A stretch of DNA of 64,000 bases from Eledone cirrhosa (Eukaryota): NCBI GenBank assembly GCA_964016885.1, contig OZ024743.1:212536001-212600000 (forward strand). Reading direction: 5' to 3'. This document shows, piece after piece, positions 54,381-64,000 of this stretch. The position numbers and the translations under genes are program-made. The stretch's first letter is position 1. Each line of letters opens with the position of its first letter. The notes beneath the pieces were generated by a model. It ran no database searches, was not told where the DNA came from, and saw only the letters and a list, made by a program, of their open reading frames with translations.

Positions 54381-54446
54381 TTATATATATATATATATGT
54401 TTTATATATATATATATATATATGTGTTTTTTATATATATATATAT

Positions 54447-54477
<31 letters not shown>

Positions 54478-54710
54478 GTTTTATATATATAAATATATGT
54501 TTTATATATATATATATATATATATGTTTTATATATATATATATGTTTTATATATATATATGTATGTTTTATATATATATATATATGTTTTATATATATA
54601 TATATGTTTTATATATATATATATATATGTTTTATATATATATATATATGTTTTATATATATATATATATGTTTTATATATATATATATATGTTTTATAT
54701 AAATGTATAT

Positions 54711-54741
<31 letters not shown>

Positions 54742-54912
54742 GTTTTATATATATATATATGTTTTATATATATATATGTGTTATATATATATATATATGT
54801 TTTATATATATATATATATATGTGTTTTATATATATATATATATATATATATGTTTTTTATATATATTTATATATATATATATATGTATAAATATATATA
54901 TATATATGAAAC

Positions 54913-54951
<39 letters not shown>

Positions 54952-55000
54952 ATATATATGTTTTATATATATATATATATGTTATATATATATATATATG

Positions 55001-55043
<43 letters not shown>

Positions 55044-55316
55044 AAAAAATGGGGAGAAGAATGCTGCATGGTTGCACATGAATAACATGTTATAAAATGA
55101 GTCCCTCATCAGTGATTTACCAACGTTCATAGGTATTTCATTGCATTAAAAATCATATACCTCACCTTGGCGCAATAAGGGTGAAAGCAGCGATTCTTTG
55201 CTTAAACTTTAATCTGTTATTTTAATAAATATATATATGTTTCATATATATATATATATATATGTTTTATATATATATATATATATATATGTTTTATATA
55301 TATACATATATATGTG

Positions 55317-55364
<48 letters not shown>

Positions 55365-55392
55365 ATATATATAGTTTTATATATATATATAT

Positions 55393-55460
<68 letters not shown>

Positions 55461-55466
<6 letters not shown>

Positions 55467-55629
55467 ATTAATAAATGGAAACTATATTTATAAAACCATA
55501 TTTATTTCATTATTTATATTTCAAGGATACCAAGTTAAATCATGGTATGCCTTCATCAGACAAAATACAATATATAACAGTTTTACAAATAGATATTGAC
55601 GTACCCTTTCAAAAAGGTGACCGTTGTTA
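55461..55629 (-). mobile_element. HHR-bearing 3' stub, identical to 59681-59849
   Basis: Minus strand tttgt-CTGATGA-agg-c-atacca/tggtat-cct-t-GAAA-tataa-ATA-atgaa. Confidence 0.75.
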
Positions 55630-55707
55630 TATATATATATATATATATATGTTTTATATATATATATATATGTTTTATATGTATATATATATATTTTATA
55701 TATATAT

Positions 55708-55769
<62 letters not shown>

Positions 55770-55770
55770 T

Positions 55771-55872
<102 letters not shown>

Positions 55873-56072
55873 TTTATATATATATGTATGTATGTTATAT
55901 ATATATATATATATATATGTTTTATATATATATATATATGTTTTATATATATATATATATGTTATATATATATATACATATGTTTTATATATATATATAT
56001 ATATATGTATGTTTTATATATATATATATATATATAAATGTATGTATGTTTTATATATATATATATATATAT

Positions 56073-56122
<50 letters not shown>

Positions 56123-56125
56123 TAT

Positions 56126-56181
<56 letters not shown>

Positions 56182-56395
56182 ATATATATATATATATATA
56201 TATGTTTTATATATATATATATATATGTTTTATATTTATATATATATATGTTTTATATATATATATATGTTTATATATATATATATGTTTTATATATATA
56301 TATATATATGTTTTATATATATATATATATATGTTTTATATATATATATATGTTTTATATATATATATATATATATGTTTTATATATATGTATAT

Positions 56396-56433
<38 letters not shown>

Positions 56434-56459
56434 TTATATATATACATATATATATATCT

Positions 56460-56534
<75 letters not shown>

Positions 56535-56657
56535 ATATATAACATATATATATAAAACATATATATATATATAAAACATATATATATGTTTTATCTATAT
56601 ATATATGTTTTATATATATATATATAAAACATATATATATGTTTTATCTATATATAT

Positions 56658-56688
<31 letters not shown>

Positions 56689-56748
56689 GTTTTATATATA
56701 TGTTTTATATATATATATGTTTTATATATATGTTTTATATATATATAT

Positions 56749-56796
<48 letters not shown>

Positions 56797-56799
<3 letters not shown>

Positions 56800-58553
56800 T
56801 ATTTTCCGTTGTGTTGTAATATAAATATTACACACAGTAGATTATCAGCTCACGTAGAGTTTGCTCGACGGTTCCAGTTGTAGTTCCAAATGTAATCCGG
56901 AGAAAAATAGAAAGATTTGAATGGATACAGTTTAGTTGAAAGGAATTTATTGACACGTGTTTCTATACCGCGACGATGTTCTCCTCCTAGCTAAAAACCT
57001 TAATAACCAAAAACTAGAAAAACTACGCAAAGATATAAGAAAACTACTACTCGAAATAGGACTAACTATAACATATGAATACAACCTTAAAGTAGTTAAC
57101 TTCCTGGATGTCACACTCAATTTAAACTCTGGTTTGATTAAACCGTTTCATAAATTGAATGAAAATCTCAAATACGTAAATGTTGGGTCTAACCACCCCA
57201 TCTCTATAATTAAATCTATCCCTAAAAATATTTCCCTTAGAATCTCGGGTCTATCTTCTAACATACAAGTATTTAAGGAACACGCCGAGTACTACGATAA
57301 CGCCCTTAGTAAAGCAGGCTACCTCAACAAAATAGAGTACATAGATGGGAACAATCAAAACACCCAAAATAAATCCCACATAGGTAGATATAATAACACA
57401 ACACCAAACCACACTTACTACCATAGTATGCACACCAGTAAACCAACAAACAAAACTAATAGAAAGCGATGCAAAGAGTACTTATGGTATAATCCCGAAT
57501 ACAATAGCTCCATTAGTACAAATTTACCAGTACTCTTCTTTAAAATAATTAAAAGACATTTTCCCACATCACACAAATACCACAAAATCCTAAACCCTAC
57601 CACTATAAGACTGTCATACTCTACAGCGTTAAACCTTGAACAACACATAAAAAAGATCAATACTAGAAGGTTAAACGAAAACACTAAGAACTTAAGTACA
57701 AAGAACACAAAAAAAACAGTAGACAATACACTACAGAACATAAATAAACCACACCTAAGTTCGTCCGCAATACTACTCCAGAGAAAACCCAACGTACACA
57801 ACTGTAACTGCACCTATCCTGACAACTGCCCCCTCGGCAATAACTGCCTGGAAAAAAATATTATTTATAAGTGTACCATTAAATCCGGAGGCAACGAGTG
57901 GTATTACGTGGGATCAACGGCAACATCGTTTAAATCTCGATTGTATAGGCATTCTTACTCAATAAAACACCAGAGCCAAAGAAATGTAACAACTTTAGCA
58001 GAAAAAGCTTGGACGCTCAGGGATAGCGACCAAAAGTTTACCCTAAAATGGGAAAAATTAGCTAAAACCCAAAGCTTTTCCAGGAGCCAAAATTTCTGCA
58101 AATTGTGTAATCTTGAGATTTATTACATAATCACACACAAGAAGAAACTGCTGAATAACAGAATTGAACGAACATTATTCTGCCGTCACAGAACTAAAAC
58201 CCTTTTTTCCCACTACAAGCCGAATATTACATAAAAGAGGGACATCCCCCAACTATATAAACCTTAATCTAGTTAGAAAAAAATAAAAAAACAATCTCTT
58301 CTCAACACATATTAATAACCTTAAATTACCATACTAATAATGAAAAGATATGCTGATGAGAATAGGTACAAATATGCAATAATGAATGTGTCTAAAAACG
58401 TCCATAAGTATGTATATATATGTGAAAATGTATATAAATAAGTAAATATATATATATGTTTGATGTGTATAGTTAAATGTAAGTGTATTCATGTATTAAA
58501 GTGCTTATATATATGTATATATGTATGTGTATATGTATATATGTGTATGTATG

Positions 58554-58592
<39 letters not shown>

Positions 58593-59338
58593 GTGTATAT
58601 ATATATATATATATATGTGTATGTATATATGTGTATATGGATGTGTATGTATGTGTATGTGTGTACACATGGACTAGAGTATGTATGTAAATATGTGTGT
58701 GTCTATACGTGTGTATATAAAGATAAGTTGAGTATGAAAATGTATACACATGAGCGCGTATGTATGTACATGAATACATGTGTGTATATATATGTGTATG
58801 CATGTGTATATATATGTAAGTATGAATATGTGAATTGTGAGTATATGTATTTTGTAGAGGTGTGCAAATATATTTGTGTGAATGCGTGGGTGAAAGGATA
58901 CGTACACTTGAAAGAAAAATTTAAGTCTGAATGTTAATTAAGTGCAAACACAAAACCAACCACGCATATCTTTACTATCTCTAATCCTTCTATAGATTTA
59001 GAAAAATAACCAATAATATATTCTATAAAAAAAATGTCAAAACAACAGATGGGAATCTAATTACTCACTGCCACCAAGAATTCTCACTGCTATCGAAAAA
59101 CCACTCCTTCAACTATTCTTCTAACAACTTCACCCCTCCCTCCTAATATTCTCTATAAAAACTAAATAGGTCCTCAGTAATATTATTCTGATGAAATGAC
59201 AGTAAATAATAACATTGAAATATTGAATGTCTGCATAACTAAAAGTTTGTAGATAGCTGTTTTAGGTTATGTAACTGTTATAGAAACACGTGTCAATAAA
59301 TTCCTTTCAACTAAACTGTATCCATTCAAATCTTTCTA
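56797..59338 (+). mobile_element. Third Naiad-like PLE, 5'-truncated at YRDD, with an inverted pLTR piece (56797-56967) and an HHR at 59183-59299
   Basis: Open ORF 56957-58234 with WYNP, CNC...CPLGNNC, IIY...YVG and CKLC; ttatt-CTGATGA-atgacagt/actgttat-GAAA-cacgt-GTC-aataa. Confidence 0.92.
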
Positions 59339-59360
59339 TATATATATATATATATATATA

Positions 59361-59533
59361 TAGGAACAAGTAAGACCCCGACGGCTGAGCTCAAGCCGTT
59401 TCATTAGCCGTCGAAACGGCTTGAGCTCAGCCGTCGGGGTCTTACTTGTTCCTATTACCCACTCTACTACCCTAAGTATTGAGTACTTTGGTGCGTTATG
59501 GTCCACCTGGTTCCTTACCACATTTCCTTCGTT
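59361..59533. mobile_element. Fold-back stub (42-bp arms) containing the 3' half of a hammerhead; second copy at 62068-62240
   Basis: Arms 59361-59402 and 59413-59454; GAAA-cggct-tgagctc-agcc-GTC-gggg. Confidence 0.8.
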
Positions 59534-59581
59534 ATATATATATATATATGTCTTATATATATGTTTTATATATAACCTCCT

Positions 59582-59686
<105 letters not shown>

Positions 59687-59929
59687 ATTAATAAATGGAA
59701 ACTATATTTATAAAACCATATTTATTTCATTATTTATATTTCAAGGATACCAAGTTAAATCATGGTATGCCTTCATCAGACAAAATACAATATATAACAG
59801 TTTTACAAATAGATATTGACGTACCCTTTCAAAAAGGTGACCGTTGTTATATATATATATATATATATATATGTTTTATATATATATATATATGTTTTAT
59901 ATGTATATATATATATTTTATATATATAT

Positions 59930-60098
<169 letters not shown>

Positions 60099-60144
60099 TT
60101 TATATATATATGTATGTATGTTTTATATATATATATATATATAT

Positions 60145-60175
<31 letters not shown>

Positions 60176-60316
60176 GTTATATATATATATATATATGTTT
60201 TATATATATATATATATGTTTTATATATATATATATATATGTTATATATATATATATGTTTTATATATATATATATATATGTTTTATATGTATATATATA
60301 TATTTTATATATATAT

Positions 60317-60487
<171 letters not shown>

Positions 60488-60585
60488 TTTATATATATAT
60501 GTATGTATGTTTTATATATATATATATATATATATGTTTTATATATATATATATATATATATGTTATATATATATATATATATAT

Positions 60586-60616
<31 letters not shown>

Positions 60617-60731
60617 GTTATATATATATATATATATATATGTTTTATATATATATATATATGTTTTATATATATATATATATGTTATATATATATATAT
60701 ATATGTTTTATATATATATATATATATATGT

Positions 60732-60774
<43 letters not shown>

Positions 60775-60795
60775 TATATATATATATATATATAT

Positions 60796-61463
<668 letters not shown>

Positions 61464-61471
61464 ATATATAT

Positions 61472-61502
<31 letters not shown>

Positions 61503-61671
61503 GTTTTATATTTATATATATATATGTTTTATATATATATATATATGTTTATATATATATATATGTTTTATATATATATATATATATGTTTTATATATAT
61601 ATATATATGTTTTATATATATATATATGTTTTATATATATATATATATATATGTTTTATATATATGTATAT

Positions 61672-61721
<50 letters not shown>

Positions 61722-61741
61722 TTATATATATATATATATAT

Positions 61742-61834
<93 letters not shown>

Positions 61835-62023
61835 ATATATAAAATATATATATGAAACATATATATATATATAAAACATATATATATGTTTTATCTATAT
61901 ATATATGTTTTATATATATATATATAAAACATATATATATGTTTTATCTATATATATATGTTATATATATATATATATATATGTTTTATATATATGTTTT
62001 ATATATATATATGTTTTATATAT

Positions 62024-62071
<48 letters not shown>

Positions 62072-62269
62072 AACAAGTAAGACCCCGACGGCTGAGCTCA
62101 AGCCGTTTCATTAGCCGTCGAGACGGCTTGAGCTCAGCCGTCGGGGTCTTACTTGTTCCTATTACCCACTCTACTACCCTAAGTATTGAGTACTTTGGTG
62201 CGTTATGGTCCACCTGGTTCCTTACCACATTTCCTTCGTTATATATATATATATATATGTCTTATATAT

Positions 62270-62461
<192 letters not shown>

Positions 62462-62571
62462 GTTTTATATATATATATACGTTTTATATATATATACGTT
62501 TTATATATATATATGTTTAATATATATATATATATATATGTCTTATATATATGTTTTATATATAACCTCCT

Positions 62572-62608
<37 letters not shown>

Positions 62609-62609
62609 T

Positions 62610-62671
<62 letters not shown>

Positions 62672-62698
62672 GTGTTTTATATATATATATATATATAT

Positions 62699-62736
<38 letters not shown>

Positions 62737-62805
62737 TTATATATATATATACGTTTTATATATATATACGTTTTATATATATATATATGTTTTATATATA
62801 TATAT

Positions 62806-62885
<80 letters not shown>

Positions 62886-63449
62886 GGTTTGAGGTTCACC
62901 ACTGGATAGAGCTGGTCAATTTCGTATGGTCAATCGCAATGTAATAATATAGAGAGTACTCAACGTAAAGCAGTTGAACCGTCTTTGTTTTTCTAGTTGG
63001 TGGTGCTATTACGGAATTAAATATTAAAATGAAATGACAGGAGGCTGGATTTGTGTAAATCCTTGAAAGGTTTATTATACTATGATCATTTCAATGACCG
63101 TGTTCCGTATGAATCCGGTGATATCATCAGGTATTCGAAATATAATACGTAAATGTAATAGATAAATTCCATGGGGCTGAAAATCAAAGACCCGAGGGCG
63201 ACCGCCATCCAGCATCTTCTATATTTGCCGGTCGCCTGTCATTTCATTATAATTATATATATATATATATGTTTTATATATATATATATATATATATGTT
63301 TTATATATATATATATATATATATAAAACTTATATATATATATATATAATTATAATGAAATGACAGGCGACCGGCAAATGTAGAAGATGTTGGATGGCGG
63401 TCGCCCTCGGGTCCTTGATTTTCAGCCCCATGGATTTATATATATATAT

Positions 63450-63666
<217 letters not shown>

Positions 63667-63679
63667 TTATATATAAGTT

Positions 63680-63721
<42 letters not shown>

Positions 63722-64000
63722 GATATTAATAAATGGAAGCTATATTTATAAAACCATATTTATTTCATTATACATATTTCAGGGATACCACATTAAATTA
63801 CAATATATAACAGTTTTACAAATTGGTTTGACGTACCCTTTAAAATACAACCATTACTTTTGGAGGCTGTCTGGATAGTGATTCGTTCATATAATAAGTC
63901 ATAGTGTTAAGCACAATTAGAAAAAGACGGAGAGAAAGAAAGAGAAAAGAACAAAGACATATCTATGTGGTTGAGATGTATGTTGCAGATGTGCATAATA

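Noticed and set aside
55100-55115. CTGATGA on the minus strand (also on the plus strand at 58353)
   Set aside because: No matching stem II/GAAA/stem III found, so not counted as hammerheads

Overview
Eukaryotic, AT- and microsatellite-rich animal DNA; the SINE families strongly suggest an octopus. Positions 1-22 kb hold a decayed Tx1/L1-type LINE, an RTE LINE fragment, a 556-bp hammerhead-ribozyme array, many old SINEs and nine hand-spliced exons of an ADAMTS-like metalloprotease (HEIGHVLGMPHD motif, disintegrin-like region, TSP1) that the ORF track misses. From about 22.3 kb to the end there is no recognisable host gene. That part is a (TA)n/(TA)nGTTT(T) field packed with insertions: at least six Penelope-like element (PLE) families (three Naiad-like), a second RTE copy, an IR/DR Tc1 transposon and a Helitron-like element. 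The most striking feature is at least 12 different type I hammerhead ribozyme (HHR) families, carried by PLE termini and by non-coding retrozyme-like tandem arrays. Many of these insertions are head-to-head inverted, and most HHR families have their own palindromic stem III. HHR folds, splice models and clade calls were made by eye, without searches. Most ORF-track entries (IY/YI, TH/CV) are microsatellite artefacts.
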